A stretch of 64,000 nt of DNA from assembly GCF_009914755.1 (NCBI RefSeq), contig NC_060930.1, one strand, 5' to 3'. Positions 31,281-46,775 of the stretch are shown in pieces. Both the position numbers and the translations under genes were made by a program. Numbering within the stretch: the stretch's first letter is position 1; every line of letters starts with the position of its first letter. The notes beneath the pieces were generated by a model. It searched no databases. It saw nothing but the letters and a program-made list of their open reading frames with translations, and had not been told where the DNA came from. Source of the DNA: the human T2T-CHM13v2.0 reference genome, Homo sapiens.

Positions 31281-33799
31281 AAGAGTAAGAACCAAAAGTC
31301 ATACTTTTTTTTTCTTGTGTATCAAAGCTTTTATACAAGAAACTAAGTGGTAATCTAGTCCATTTTCTTATCTTCAGACTTGCCTGCATTGAAGACAAAT
31401 TTTTTTCATACATATTCTTAACGATAATGATCCCGAGATGTCCACTTTGTAGGTATTCAAATAAATAAACCCCAACAATCTAAAGCAGGATATAAATGGC
31501 GAGTGGCATGGAGTTTCACAAGAAAGGGGTTCAAAATTATAACTGGATAACCTCTCTTCCTTCTTCAAAAGAGCTGTCCCTTTAAGAGAAAAGAAGTTGA
31601 AATTTTCTTTTTCCCCATTAGAAGGCAGTAGGTATTAAACATCCTGGTGTCCAAAAGGGACCTATATTAATAAGCACATAGCCATAAGGATTGATTTTGC
31701 TTTGTGGAGATGCCGTTAAAACCACAGGAAAACAAAAAGTCTTGCTTATATTTTAAAAAGGGCAATCTTATTAACATTTTAATAAATTAATTTAAGTCAT
31801 CTGGTACTTAGAAAATGGATCTTGTTCTTCAAAGAAAATAAATGAACAGGATGTAAGCAGCTCATGAGTTCATGCTTTTGTTTTAAGAACAAGTAGACCC
31901 TTTTGCTCATATGCCCTGCACTGTAACATCCACTCATTCACCCAGCAAACTCTTGCTGAGCATCTACTGTGGATCAGGTACTGTTCTAGGTTCTGTGCTA
32001 AAAAAGACAGTCCCTGATCTCCAGGCACTCTGAGAGGGTGGTAAATGAGCAGACGGTCCTTGCAGATATCAGCAGAGAAAAGAGGGAGCAGTGGAAGAAC
32101 ATATCCTCATCACACCTCTGATTACACTTGGAAGGGCCCCTTCCCCTGCGCAAGCCCAAGCACAGGGTCAGGGTCGCACGAGGTTGCTACCTCTTGCTTT
32201 CTCTGCTTCTAGTCACTTATGCACTGAAGTCCCTTCCTTATGCCCTGCTTGTCATTGACGCACTGAAGTCCCTTCCTCCTTGCCCTTTGTCTTCCCCAGC
32301 CCCTGTACTTACTTGCTGCATCACAATACGCTCCTACCTAGCTCCTCGAGGGTCGAGTCGCCCCTTGTTACCATGAATCCCAATACCTGGGTGAAAGTCT
32401 GGCACAAAGACAAGGATAAATATGTGTCCAATGAATGAATGGGTGAACGAATGAATGAAGATACTTGTCCTTCATTGACTAAACAATGACCAAGCATCTG
32501 CCCTGTGCTCATGCTAAGGAAAGACAGAAAGCTGGCTAAGCCAGTGGAAAGAGCACAGGCAGTTAAGACGGCTGGAAAGGACATCTTCCCAGGAGGACAT
32601 GGCTTGTCTTCTGCTAGAGCATAAGCTTCTGTAGACATACCAACAAATCTTGGGAAGAAATGGGTTTTGGATTCAAATAGCTCTGAGTTGAGATATAAAG
32701 GGAATACAAACACACACCTACTTCATCCGAGATGGGCTGCATCAAGTGCACAGTGTAACACCTGACACCAAGTGGGCATTCAATATGGTAAAATCTAATC
32801 TAATATCTAGTCTCTGCCTGAGCAACCCCACAGTCCAGGAGGAGAGACAAGCCCATAAGGAGGCTGAGGAATACTAAGTGGCTTGCTCAGGGTCAGCTGG
32901 TTAGTGGCAGAGATCTGAACCCAGGCTTGTCCGGTTTCAACACCTGTGCTCTGAACCACCACACTTAAGTGAGATGTCAGGACAGGAGACAGACTTCAGA
33001 GTCATCCTTGCAGGAGACAGGTGTGTCATGGTGGTGGATGTGATCACAGGGAAAGAGAGGGACCAATAATGAAAGCTTGGGCAGTGCCTGAGTTTTAGAG
33101 GGACAGAGTGGGAGGGCCAGCAGACGAGACTGGGCCAGGGCCAGCAGAAGGGGAGGCAGGAGTGAGGAGGGCTGGGAGAGCCTCCTGGAGTGGCCAGCCA
33201 GAATGGTCAGACGCTTTGGACAGGTCAAACTGGACAAAGGCACGCACATGTTTTTGGCATGCCTGGAACCCTGGGTATCTGTGCAGGAGCTGGTTCAGCG
33301 CAGCATGGGGGGTTACTGCTTGGATGCCAGGGGGTTGAGGTGTTAAGGGGAGGCAGTGAAGCTTATGAGTGCAAATGACCCTGCAGATAGAGGAGAAGGG
33401 GAAAGAGCTGGGCAGAAGCATGACTTGAAAGCCCGGAAGCCAAAGGCTTCTTTCTGGACTGGGGAGATGCTATGTGGAGAGGAAGAAGGGGAGGTTTAGG
33501 AGAGCAGACAGCTGAAGGAGCAGGCTTACTAGCATCACAGAGGAAAACGTGGTAACTCGGAGCAAAGCAGACCAGTCACTTCAGCAAAAGGATGGATGTT
33601 TCCTTTGGAAGCAAAATGCAGGGAATTGAGGGTGTTCTGGCCTTGCGTTCTGGTGTGTTGGACTAAGACAAAAATGTCTCCTTATTCCATAAATGATACT
33701 AGGACAGGAGAAAGTTATCATTTTGGAGAAGGTTAAACTGAACTCCCATCTCCTTTCTTATACCAAAATAAATTCAAATTACTTCAAAAACTAAACATT

Positions 33800-33847
33800 T
33801 AAAAAATCTACAAAAGCACCAGAAGGAAATGCAAGAGAATTTTTATT
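33800..33847 (-). terminator. Poly(A) signal of the Alu-derived terminal exon
   Basis: AATAAA at 33847-33842 followed by a U/GU-rich stretch (attctcttgcatttccttctggtgcttttgtagatttttt). Confidence 0.6.
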
Positions 33848-33908
33848 GTCTTGGAGTGGGAATTCAGCATGACACAAAATTCAAAGACAATGAAGTGAAA
33901 TGTAACTA

Positions 33909-34398
<490 letters not shown>

Positions 34399-34706
34399 TC
34401 ATGTTCTGTGTTGATAAAGGTGAAAATATGTGATCTTCTCAGGGCTGAAGAATCAGGGTGAAGACAGGGTGGCTGGGACAGTAAGTCGTTCAGTCCACAT
34501 TTTAAATGTTCATACCCAGTGACTCAGCCCTCCTACCTCAAGGCCTTGTCCTTCACAAAGACACACATATCAGCTTGTTCACTACAGCACTGCTCATAAT
34601 GGCAAAAAGCTGAAATCAATGTAAACGTCCATCATTAAGTGGCTAATTAGATAGATTACAGCATGTCCACACTGTGGAGTATTTGACCATTAAAAATAAA
34701 AGACAG

Positions 34707-34993
34707 TTCTCAGCAAACTATCACAATGACAGAAAACCAAACACCGCATGTTCTTACTCACAGGTGGGAACTGAACAATGAGAACACCTGGACACAGGGC
34801 AGGGGAACATCACACCCCGGGGCCTGTCGGGGGGTTGGGGGCTGGGGGAGGGATAGCATTAGGAGAAATACCCAATGTAAATGATGAGTTGATGGGTGCA
34901 GCAAACCAACACAGCACATGTATACCTATGTATCAAACCTGCACGTTGTGCACATGTACCCTAGAACTTAAAGTACAATAAAAATAAATAAAT
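34707..34993 (+). mobile_element. 5'-truncated L1PA 3'UTR with 15-bp TSD, nested in an older L1 fragment
   Basis: ctcagcaaactatc...caggtgggaactgaacaatgagaacac...gggggagggatagcattaggagaaatacc...ccctagaacttaaagtacaata; TSD aaaaataaaagacag at 34692-34706 and 34994-35008. Confidence 0.95.
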
Positions 34994-35293
34994 AAAAATA
35001 AAAGACAGGTTTTTATGTTCCAATATGGAATTATGTACAATATATATTGTGTTAGTGGAAAAAAAAAAGAAGCTGTAAGGGAGTATTTATGGTATAATCT
35101 CATTTGTGTTAAACCAACAAAAAAGGGTACACACTCACACAATCTCTCTAAATGCACGGGAAATTTCTGGAAGGCTACATAAGAATCTTTATGTGGGAAG
35201 TGAGATTTTGCAGTCAGAAGAAAGGGAGAGGAGAAAAACTTTCCTGTTGCCTTTGAAGTTTTTTGTCTAAATTTCTAATCTTTAGAATGCATT

Positions 35294-35608
35294 GGCCACG
35301 CATGGTGGCTCACACCTGTAATCCCAACACTTTGGGAGGCTGAGGTGGGAGGACTACTTGAGGCCCAGGAGTTTGAGACCAGCCTGCGAAACATGATGAA
35401 ACCCCATGTCTACCAAAAACAAACAAATGAACAAAGAAACAAACAAAAATTAGCTGGGAGTGGTGGCATGTGCCTATGGCATGAGGTGCCAGCTACTTAG
35501 GAGGCTGAGGTGGGAGGATCGCTTGAGCACCAGAAGTGCCATGAGATCACACCACTGCACTCCAGCCTAGGTGACAGAGCAAGACTCACTCTCAAAAGAA
35601 AAAAAAAA
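35294..35608 (+). mobile_element. AluJ
   Basis: J-type gaggtgggaggatcgcttgagc; TSD agaatgcatt. Confidence 0.92.
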
Positions 35609-35779
35609 GAGAGAGAATGCATTATTTTGATTAAAAAATGGTAAGTAAACACAAATTTCAGAAAGATTAAGTTACCTAAGTTGTAAATCAAGGGAGGATA
35701 AAAGAAGGGGATTATTGGTTGTGTTTTTGTTCCTCTTATTTTTAACAAATACTAACAGTGATCATAATAATCATATCAA

Positions 35780-36286
<507 letters not shown>

Positions 36287-36473
36287 TCCCACGGTGCCTG
36301 ACCCAACTATCAATATTAATAGGACCCCTTGTCTTGCTGTTTTCCCGTACTGTATTACATACAATTGTTATTAATATTTGCCTCTTGCTAACATCTTGTT
36401 TTTAGATTATAAAACACTATTATCGTATCTCAATTTCACAACAGCCCCAGTTTTATTTGTTTTGGAGAAATTA

Positions 36474-36684
36474 AGTGCTTAGCCTAAGGTTAGTGGTTAG
36501 CCTAAGGTTAGTGCTTAGCCTAAGGTTAGTGGTGAGCCTAAGGTTAGTGCTTAGCCTAAGGTTAGTGGTTAGCCTAAGGTTAGTGCTTAGCCTAAGGTTA
36601 GTGGTGAGCCTAAGGTTAGTGCTTAGCCTAAGGTTAGTGGTGAGCCTAAGGTTAGTGGTGAGCCTAAGGTTAGTGCTTAGCCTA
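36474..36684 (+). repeat. 18-bp minisatellite, ~11.7 copies (AGTG[C/G]T[T/G]AGCCTAAGGTT), inside a MIR remnant
   Basis: Read directly; variant order A B A C A B A C A C C A(partial). Confidence 0.97.
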
Positions 36685-37809
36685 GGATTTGAAAGCAGAT
36701 CTGTGACTTCAAGAGTTTACGCTGCTCTAGCACCGCTGTCTGAAGGCCAGTAAGCCACTAGTCCTGGTGCTCTGACATGCATTTCGGGTGACTGAAATTC
36801 CAGCCGCAAGGCACCATGAAGCTCTACATTATTCCACATGGTGCCTAAGACAGGAAAATTAAGAGCTACTAATAACTCCATTTTGTCGATGAGCATGACT
36901 TTAAGAGCTTTTAAATTTGTCTACGATGCTAGCCATGAGAGTGAGAAGAGTTCAAAAAGCAAAAAAGTAAAACACACAAAGGTGGCTAAATCACCTGTCT
37001 AAAAAAATCAGTACATGCTTCACCTAATCTATGAATCGAATCACTGTTCTCCCCAATCCAGGGTTTTCCCTGTAGTACTACTGTGTTCAAGAAATCTTTA
37101 TATAACAGAGGTTGATCTGACACAAAGAATTGTTTTCCTGGTCTAGAAAAGTAGGCTGATACTGTTGTCTCCATTTAATAGATAGAACAAAAAGAATTTA
37201 TCTAATTTTCCCAAGTCCTTTAGTGATTTAATGACAGAACCAGATTTGAGTTCAGAGACTCCTGCTTTCTAATTTGCCTCAAACACCGCACAAAGGGATT
37301 ATTTCCTCCTCACTTTAATTTTTTCCTAGGATTTTCTTGGAATCAGTTCTGAGTTGATTTTGGAATAATAAAGTATTATGCTAAGTACACAGAGTAGATA
37401 CTACTGGAGTCTCAGTAAATTCCTTAATAGACTCAAAGCATTTGATTTCCTTGAGGCTTTTTTTTTTAATTTAAAAACCAATTTGGCTCAAACTGAGAAT
37501 GCTCAACATTTTTAAGTAGCAGTGACTTCTAAATGCTCTCCTGATGTATAGATAGATGGATGGATGTATTTTAGCACAATGTAACTCTGCTTAGGAAAAA
37601 GCCCATTTAGAAAAAAATTCACTTGGTATTCTGTAGTAACACCGTATCTGTTCTAATAGGCTCTGGCATTAAATATTCAATTAAATGATATTTATTTAAT
37701 TAAAATCATTTCCCCGTAATATACACAGGAGGGACACACACATGCAGGCATGCAGAGCGTGATAACTTGACTATCTCTCATGTGACTGAAAACACTGAAT
37801 TCCAAAAAC

Positions 37810-37960
37810 CAGTCATGTGCCACAAAATAACAGATCCCATATATGACAGCAGTCCCATGAAATTACAATGGAGCTGAAAAATTCCTATCATCTAGTAACT
37901 CTGCCGTTGTTAACACCATTGTGCAATGCATTACTCATGTGTTGTCATAAGGCTGATGTT
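37810..37960 (+). mobile_element. Tigger3/MER47-type DNA transposon fragment
   Basis: cagtcatgtgcc...gtcccatgaaattacaatggagctgaaaaattcctatc...caatgcattactca. Confidence 0.7.
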
Positions 37961-38789
37961 AAATCTAGTGTCTGCAACTGTGGAATGCTGGGGTCAGAGA
38001 AAGCCTGAGAGAATTTCTTAGATAATACAATCTTGGGAATTTTCAGATTTCAGTTTTACAAACTAAAGTTTCTGAACCTGAGCCCGTGGCTTCAGGAACT
38101 TCCAGATATGTTATGCAAAACTTTGTCTCTGTGTTTATACATACCTATTTCTGGGGAAAGGGTGAAAAGTTTTTATCAGCTAAAGGCATTGTATTAAAAA
38201 CTTGCCTCATGTGCCTTAAGAGCATAAGAGCATATACATTATTTGATCTAGTTATTTTAATAAGAATTTTTCCTAAGAGAAAATCACGGATGTACATGAA
38301 GATATTTATGGCAACACTGTAATAGAAAAAAAAATTAGGGACCAAGTAAATATTCAACATTTGGGGGAAACAATAAACAAATGATAAGCTATACAATGAA
38401 ATACTGGAAGCTATTAAAACAACATGAGTCAAGAGAGAATGGGGTCACATGAGAAAAGTTCACGATGCATTTGGTAAAAAGAGGTTACGATCCCCAAAAG
38501 ACTAGAAACAGAACATAGGTCTCCATTTTTGTCCATGTCAGCGGTCCAGGCAGGGTGGATGATTGTCACAGGCAGCTCAGGGAAGCAATCTGAAGTCCTT
38601 TTGATGCCAGACTGACCCCATGTCTCTGAGTGGAAATAAGAGCTACGCGCCATTCTGAGAAGTATATGACTCAAAGATAAGGCCTGAAAATGTGTTGTGA
38701 GAGAGTATTTTCACTGTCTTGAGCTAAGGTCATGAGTTTGTGAAACTAGGAATGAGAACTGAGATAGATTAGTGACAAATTTACCTGTC

Positions 38790-39360
38790 TGTAATTTAGG
38801 ACTTACTCTCATTAAAACGGGCCCTAGTGTGTTATTAAGAAGACAACTTGGTGATCAGAGAATTAGAAAAATCACCATATTGCAACCACTAATGTAACAA
38901 CTGATTCAGGCAAGGCACATTAATGGGTCTGAAAACCACTGAGTGAAAGGTTGTTGGGGAACAGATTTATTAATTACAAAGAAAAACAGTATGTTTACAG
39001 TGTAAACATCTGGTCAATTCTACTCTAACAAATGATCAAACTCAGCATGAACCAATAATTGTACAATTGACATTATGGGCCTCCTGATGTGGTGCACTGA
39101 GAAGAATGCCATATTACTTACGTAGTTTTCCTGCCAAAAGTGCTTATTATGAATGTAACCTTAGAGAAACAATCCGACAGATTAAGACTGGAGAACATTC
39201 TGGACTCAATACATCAATGTCATAAAAGTTAAAAAAAATGCAGGAGAGCTAATGCATGCAATGCTTGATGCTTGCATGGATTCTGGATTAAAAAAGTTAT
39301 AAAAGATATTATAGGACAATGGAGGAAATCTGAAAACGAAGAGTACATCAGAAAAGGCAG
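38790..39360 (+). mobile_element. L1MC/ME-type 3'UTR fragment
   Basis: tagaaaaatcaccat..tgcaacc...gattcaggcaagg...cctcctgatgtggtgcactgagaag...ttcctgccaaaa. Confidence 0.65.
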
Positions 39361-39970
39361 TGGGCTTATAATCCACCTTTTCAGCAATATAAAGTTTGTG
39401 TTTCCTCTGCTGAGCATCCTGGGGCTGTTCCCCACAGGACTTTGTGAATGACATTTAAAGTGCTGCTACTTCTGACTGAAGATGGCCTGGGGTAGGGTGG
39501 TGGAGGGACCCTGTGTGGGTAGAGAACGGCTGGGGGCAAGGCAGGAGGCCAGTACATAATGTCCTCGCCTGGAGAGCAGGAAGAGGACAGCACACACTGC
39601 AGGAGCTGTGTTAATACGCTTCCTGAATGTGCTCTGAGGAAGCACCCCTCCCCTTACTCAGTCCCCCCAAAGAGACATGTAGTAAGGCTCTGTCAGGAAA
39701 AATTGACTTTTTTTAATTTAACGAAAACTGTTCTGAGGTCCTAATCACTACCATAGCATTGGGACAGTTAGGCCTTTGAGTCCCCCACTGTGCTCATTAG
39801 CACAGGACAGAATGCCTGTGAGGGGCACCATCCACAGGGGACTGCACCTCTATGGGGCTGTTGCTGCTGTCCTCTTCCATGATGAGATCTAACTTCTGAA
39901 TCTGCGCATGGTTAAAAGGCACCAAATCCACAACAGGCTGTGTATTCCGTTGTATCCAAAGCACATTTAG

Positions 39971-40265
39971 GGCCTGGCGCGGTGGCCCGCGCCTGTAATC
40001 CCAGGACTTTGGGAGGCCGAGGCGGGCGGATCACCTGAAGTCAGGAGTTTGAGACCAGCTGGGCCAACATGGCAAAACCCCATCTCTACTAAAAATACAA
40101 AAATTAGCCAGGCTTGGTGGTGCATGCCTGTAATCCCAGCTACTCGGGAGGCTGAGGCAGGAGAATGGCTTGAACCCAGGAGGCAGATTGTAGTGAGCCA
40201 AGATCACGCCACTGTACTCCAGCCTGGGTGACAGTGTGAGGCTCTGTCTCAAAAACAAAAAACAA
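39971..40265 (+). mobile_element. AluS
   Basis: Full dimeric Alu. Confidence 0.95.
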
Positions 40266-41249
40266 AGTGCATTTGGGCCTAAGAGCTTACTCTTGGATTT
40301 CAGTTCAGTAGGCAGAGGTAATAGGCACACAGCCCTACAGGACAAGGCCTCAAAATGCAAGATTCCTTAAACAAGAAGAGAGGGCTGACATGACAAACAA
40401 CAAAAGTAACAACAAGGAAACAACCCTTGGGGTTACAGGGCTTTCTTCTCCTATGAGTGAAGAAATAGAAGTAACTGTAAGCTCTATTTTTAGCACCTCT
40501 ATGTACTATATGTGATTTAAAAAAAAACCAGAAAACAAAAAAAAAACGCCTTAGCTTTGTTAAGAGCAGTATTTCTGAAGACCATTTCAAATTGTAGCTT
40601 GCTAGCCATCCAGTTGAAGAAACATGTAATAGAAGGCAGGGTTCTTTCTGACTCTTCCCAAAGCATCTAATAATCCTCAGATAGAGCAGTGAAGGATGGC
40701 CAGAAATTTCATACTCAGCTGAGGGATTCTGTGTGTTGTGTTTCTGTCTTCCTGTTTTGGTCTTTGAAAATGAGGCAGCAGGGAATCTTGGAGAAGTCAG
40801 AGGGAGAGTAAAGCAGACTGTCCTAGTTAATCAGAAGTGCTAAAAGGGCAAACTAAAGCTGTTCTCTAATTAACCAACAATCTAAGTTATCAAGAGACCA
40901 TGTTGATGGCTGAGACAGATGAACAGCCAAAGAAAGCAAGCCAGAGATCCTGACAACCTTCCTAGGCTGAAACTGAGAATCCATCAGTAAAAACCCTTGG
41001 AAAGCATGACGCAGCCAGGACTGACAGTGACTTAGAAAGGAGCATACTATGGATATGATTTGGTTAGGAATTAAGAGAAACTCAGAAAAAGGACATATAG
41101 TACCTAGGTACTTAAAATTTCCCAAATTTTAATAAAACGGATGATCAAAATTAATGGTTCATGCTTAATTTCAGCTGCTTTAAAAGAAATATATGATTGT
41201 TAAAAAGGCACGTTATGTAGGCCAGGTCTGATTTCAAAGGTTTAGATCT

Positions 41250-41345
41250 TGTATTAGGCAGGGTTCTCCAGAGAAACAGAACCAACAGGGTGTGTGTGGG
41301 GGGGTGGGGGGTGGGGGAAGAGAATGAGAAAGAGAGAGACAGAGG
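41250..41345. mobile_element. MLT2-type LTR terminal fragment
   Basis: tgtattaggcagggttctccagagaaacagaaccaacagg followed by a GT/GA tract. Confidence 0.6.
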
Positions 41346-41941
41346 ACAAACATGGAGACTACCCTCCAAATTAAAGTTTGCCACTAATTAACAGTCAGCT
41401 TCATACGCTCCATTTGGGGATTAGAAAAGATACGTTACCTCTTCTTATAAACTGAAAGCTCCTGAAGGTTTGGCCAACTGTAGTTTCCTAATAAATCTTG
41501 TTGAAGGATACATATTTGAAGGGTGCTGTCTTTGGGTAAGAGCAGAGGGTGGCACTAGTAAGAACAAATGGCCACAGTCCCTCCCAGCATCCCCTGTGAC
41601 CCGTGTGAACAGGCATACCCTGGTGTGCGGCTGGTAATGAGCACCAGCTTTACTGTTCCTAAGTCTGTAATTTCTCTTCTCTGGCAAAATGATGAGGTAC
41701 AACCAGAACTGGGCATACCTTCTGAAATGCTTAGTTCCCTCTTCTTCGAGGTGGGACATAAGACCTACCTCATGGGCTAGTAGGAGGGTTAAATGCAATA
41801 GCATTGTTAAGTCCTATAAAAACATCAAGTATTTCATGATTCTTTTTTAAGCTCTCCAGTAGAAGTGAAAGCGTCTTTGGAAAAATACTACCTTTGAAAA
41901 TTATCCATAAATGGCTAAATCAGAAAATTAGGAAAATATAG

Positions 41942-42197
<256 letters not shown>

Positions 42198-42555
42198 TAA
42201 ACTTTTAAAACTGTTTACGTCATTAGCAAGAAACTGTTACACATAAAGGCTTGATGTACATACATTTATTTAAAAATTATGCATATGTGTTCCTGTACCA
42301 CTAAATTGTGCTTATTAAAATACACACAATAGACAAATGAAAATTCTAAGTAGAAGTCCTACCTTTCATTCTTGCAGCTCACAGGACGGCCCTGCAAAAT
42401 CTTGAAGTTTACTCACCTCACCCTAGAGACCTGGAGGGTGCCAGGTAGTTTTAAAGTAAAGCAATGTACATATTGATGTTATTATCATTGGTTGCATTTA
42501 ATTAACCTTCCCTTGCAGAGGGATGTTAAGGACATTACAAAACCCCACAGTATCA

Positions 42556-42963
<408 letters not shown>

Positions 42964-44618
42964 TCACGGTCTCAGAAATGGCTCCTTCAGGTGCTCAACA
43001 GCTATTCACCTGAGGCACATAGCAATTCCCTTTCTAACACAGATTGTAAGCTGCATGAGGGCAGGGGCAGGTACTATATCTGTCTTATCTATCACTGTAT
43101 CCCCAGAATTAATGAATAAATATTGAATGATTTCTTAGAAAAAAACTTCCTCACACCAACTGAAAGTCTGGCTTTATAACAAAGCAACAGCAAACCCTTA
43201 TATTGCACTTAGTATGCCCCAAGCATCATCATAAGCTCTTGTCACGTATTAGTTTGTGAATCCTCCTAATGACCCCGTGAGTGAGGTGCTCCCACATTCC
43301 CATCTCAGAGCTGAGGAAACTGGGACAGAGAGTGGTAAGAGTCACTCAAGGACGCTGGGGCAACGTGGCTCCGACCCCGCAGCACTGCCTCTGCCCAGGG
43401 CAGTGGACTCCCTCTGCCTTTCCAGTCCCCATCATCTGGCGCAGATATCATGTCTAACTCTCCCTCATGTGACTGTCTTGCAGGTACAGGAGTGCAGGTC
43501 CTGGAGCCTTCACAACCATTGCTTTTCCAAGCCCAACACCCTACTGCCTCTACCTGCTTTAACAGATGATGGAGACTCATGCCTTCTAATATCCAGGCCT
43601 CATCCTCCTTTGGGTTTAAGCTTGTCCCTAAGAGGTCAAGAGTCCAAACATGGACTCAGACGGCCCTGAGTTGAGTTCCAGCTCTGCAAAAGCAGTTTGA
43701 CTCTGGGCAAGTAACTGCAGCTCACGAAGCTTCCTCACAGTTTCCTCTTCTGAAAAGCAGGTTGGTACAGTGCCTTCCTCCTAAGAGTGCTCACTGTCCG
43801 ACCATCCAGATGCCTCTCCTCAGAGGAGCTGGGCACAGCACACCACTATCAGGGGAAACATATTTGCATTAATCTAGATGATGATGCCAAACTTTATGGG
43901 AATGAATTGTATCAGCTTGGGAAATAGCTTTTTTCTATTTCCATTGGAATGATTTGGTTCTTTAACATAACTGTATATGGTGACAGTGACTCAATTCTTT
44001 TGTCTCTTGCTGTACAGCTCCTCCTTTCTCACAGGAAAAAATTCTGATAAAAACAATTTATAATACATCAAAATATTGACAGGAATGTTAAGCTGTAACC
44101 TCTGAAGCTATCTGTGGGCATGATTTATTATAGAAGTTCCACTGTGACAACTCGGCAATTAGGAAATATTGATAAATGCAAACACATTATTGATGTCAAT
44201 TAAAAACGCACAAGATTGATGAGCCTCCCCAAGTGCTTTGACACGAGCAGTTAGAGAGTAATGCTCATCAATACACATCTAACCACTGTAACTGTGCAGA
44301 GAAATTAGGCTGCCAGGAAACAAAGGGTGCTTCCACATTCAAGTGAGATTACTGAAACAGATGAGCATCTAGTCAACAGGAATATCTAACAGAACCTCAA
44401 ACCAAGTCCTTTGGAAAAAACATAGGTGCTTACTGGTGATTCATGATAAGGTAGGCAAGGAAGGTCTTCAAGAGGATTCAAGACTATGACACACTGAGTT
44501 GGTTGAAGGGGGGGGCCAAGTGCCTGAGTTGGCTGTGCCTGATTATATAAGTCTAGAGCATATGCCAAGCCAGAACCTCAAGAAAAAGGGTAATATCTTA
44601 GAATAGATTTTAATATTT

Positions 44619-44925
44619 GGCCGGGCACGGTGGCTCATGCCTGTAATCCCAGCGCTTTGGGAGGCCGAGGCCTGTGGATCACGAGGTCAGGAGTTCAAGA
44701 CCAGCCTGGCCAAGATGGTGAAACCCCGTCTCTACTGAAAATACAAAAAAAATTAGCTGGGCATGGTGGCGGGTGCCTGTAATCCCAGCTACTCCGGAGG
44801 CTGAGGCAGAGAACTGCTTGAACCTGGGAGGCAGAGGTTGCAGTGAGCCGAGATCATGCCACTGCACTCCAACTTGGGTGACAGAGTGAGACGCTGCCTC
44901 AAAAAAAATAAATAAATAAAATAAA
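44619..44925 (+). mobile_element. AluS (Sg-like)
   Basis: TSD agaata[g/t]attttaatatt. Confidence 0.95.
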
Positions 44926-45116
44926 AGAATATATTTTAATATTCACAGGGATCTTCTATTTTGGAGGACCTGAGCAAAGTCCCGAATTTATTTCAAATAG
45001 ATAACCTAATCAAGGTCACATTTCCTATGTGTAGGCAAGAGGGAGGATTTGAGCCTCAGTTACTGAGAAATGGAGGAACTGGGAAGGTAAATTAGTTTAA
45101 GAGAAAGGGAAGGCAG

Positions 45117-45440
<324 letters not shown>

Positions 45441-46071
45441 AAGAGAAAGGGAGGGCAACTAACTGAGTTTTGGACATCACGGCTTTCAAGTACTCATAAA
45501 ACACCCAAGTGCAAATATCTACTTGTCACAGAGGCCTATATTTTGCATGAAAAAAGAAGACTAAAGATGAAGTTTCAAAGGATAAGCAGCATCAGGTTTG
45601 TCAAGAAGAATCAGGCTAACAAAAGTCTGGCTGGCTTAGCACTAAGAAGGTCTGTGTTTTTGATGTTAAAAAAATCAACCTCCACCTACTGTGTGAAAGG
45701 ACTCTATGAGGTACCACAAAAGGCAAGGCACATTACTCTTGTCCATCTGGAGGTCATTCTCTTCCACTGCAGCTCAGGGAGGGCCACAGGGAGCAGTGAG
45801 AGACAGGATTCTTACCCAGAGCTCCAGATGCTCTGAATTAGCCCCTGGCTATCTAAACCTCATTGCCCAGTAATACCCATCTCTTACAAGCACTGTAAAG
45901 TCAGCAAAGGGCTAACCTGGTTCTCAATCCACAGAGAATTGAGTTTAGATACAGAGGACTGGCCTAAGGTCCATGTCCATCCCCGCCTCCCTGCTGTCTT
46001 AACCTTCCTTAAAGGGTAACTAGGTCAAAGTTAGCCTTCTAATCTAGATCTGGTTGTTTTATGTATAAAAG

Positions 46072-46775
46072 GTATATCTTACACCACTCATACCCACTAG
46101 GATGGCTATAATCAAAACGACAGAAAAAAACAAGTGTTTACAAGAATGGGGCAAAATTAGAACCCTTATACCTTGCTGGTGGTAATAATGCACAATGGTT
46201 CAGCCACTTTGGAAAAAGACTAGGTAATTCCTCAAAAAGTTCAAACAGAGTCACCATATGACCCAGCCATTCCACTTCTAAGTATATATACAAGAGGAAT
46301 GAAAACATATGGCCACACAAAAACTGGCATATGAATGTTCATAGCAACATCATTCACAAGAGCAAAAAGTGGGGATGACCCAAATGTTCATCTACAAATG
46401 AATGGATAAAATGTAGTATATCCATATAATGGAAGACTATTTGGCATTAAAAAGGAAGGAAGTACTCTCTTATGCTACAACATGGATGAACCTTGCAAAC
46501 ATTACGCTAAGTGAAAGAGGCCAGTCGTGAATATAAATTTCATCCACAGAGATAGAAAGTAGACTGATGATTGGCTAGGGCTAGGGAAGAGTGGGTTGGG
46601 GGAAAATGGGGAGTCACAGCTATAGGTATGGGGTTTCTTTCTGCGGTGATGAAAATGTTCTAAAATTGATCATGGTGATGGTTGTGCAACTTTGAATATA
46701 CTAAAAACCACTGACTTGTATACTTCAAATGGGTGAATTTTGTGGTATGTGAATCACATCTCAATAAAGCTGTTA
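46072..46775 (+). mobile_element. L1MB-type 3' end
   Basis: cccactaggatggctataatc...ccatatgacccagccattccacttct...gatgaaaatgttctaaaattga...atctcaataaagctgtt. Confidence 0.9.

Noticed and set aside
36474-36684. CRISPR-like array or interstitial telomere repeat
   Set aside because: Units are head-to-tail with no unique spacers, there is no TTAGGG, and the context is a eukaryotic MIR.
36475-36753. 92-aa ORF with (V[L/V]SLRL)n repeats
   Set aside because: It is the translation of the 18-bp minisatellite, with a GTG start and no gene context.
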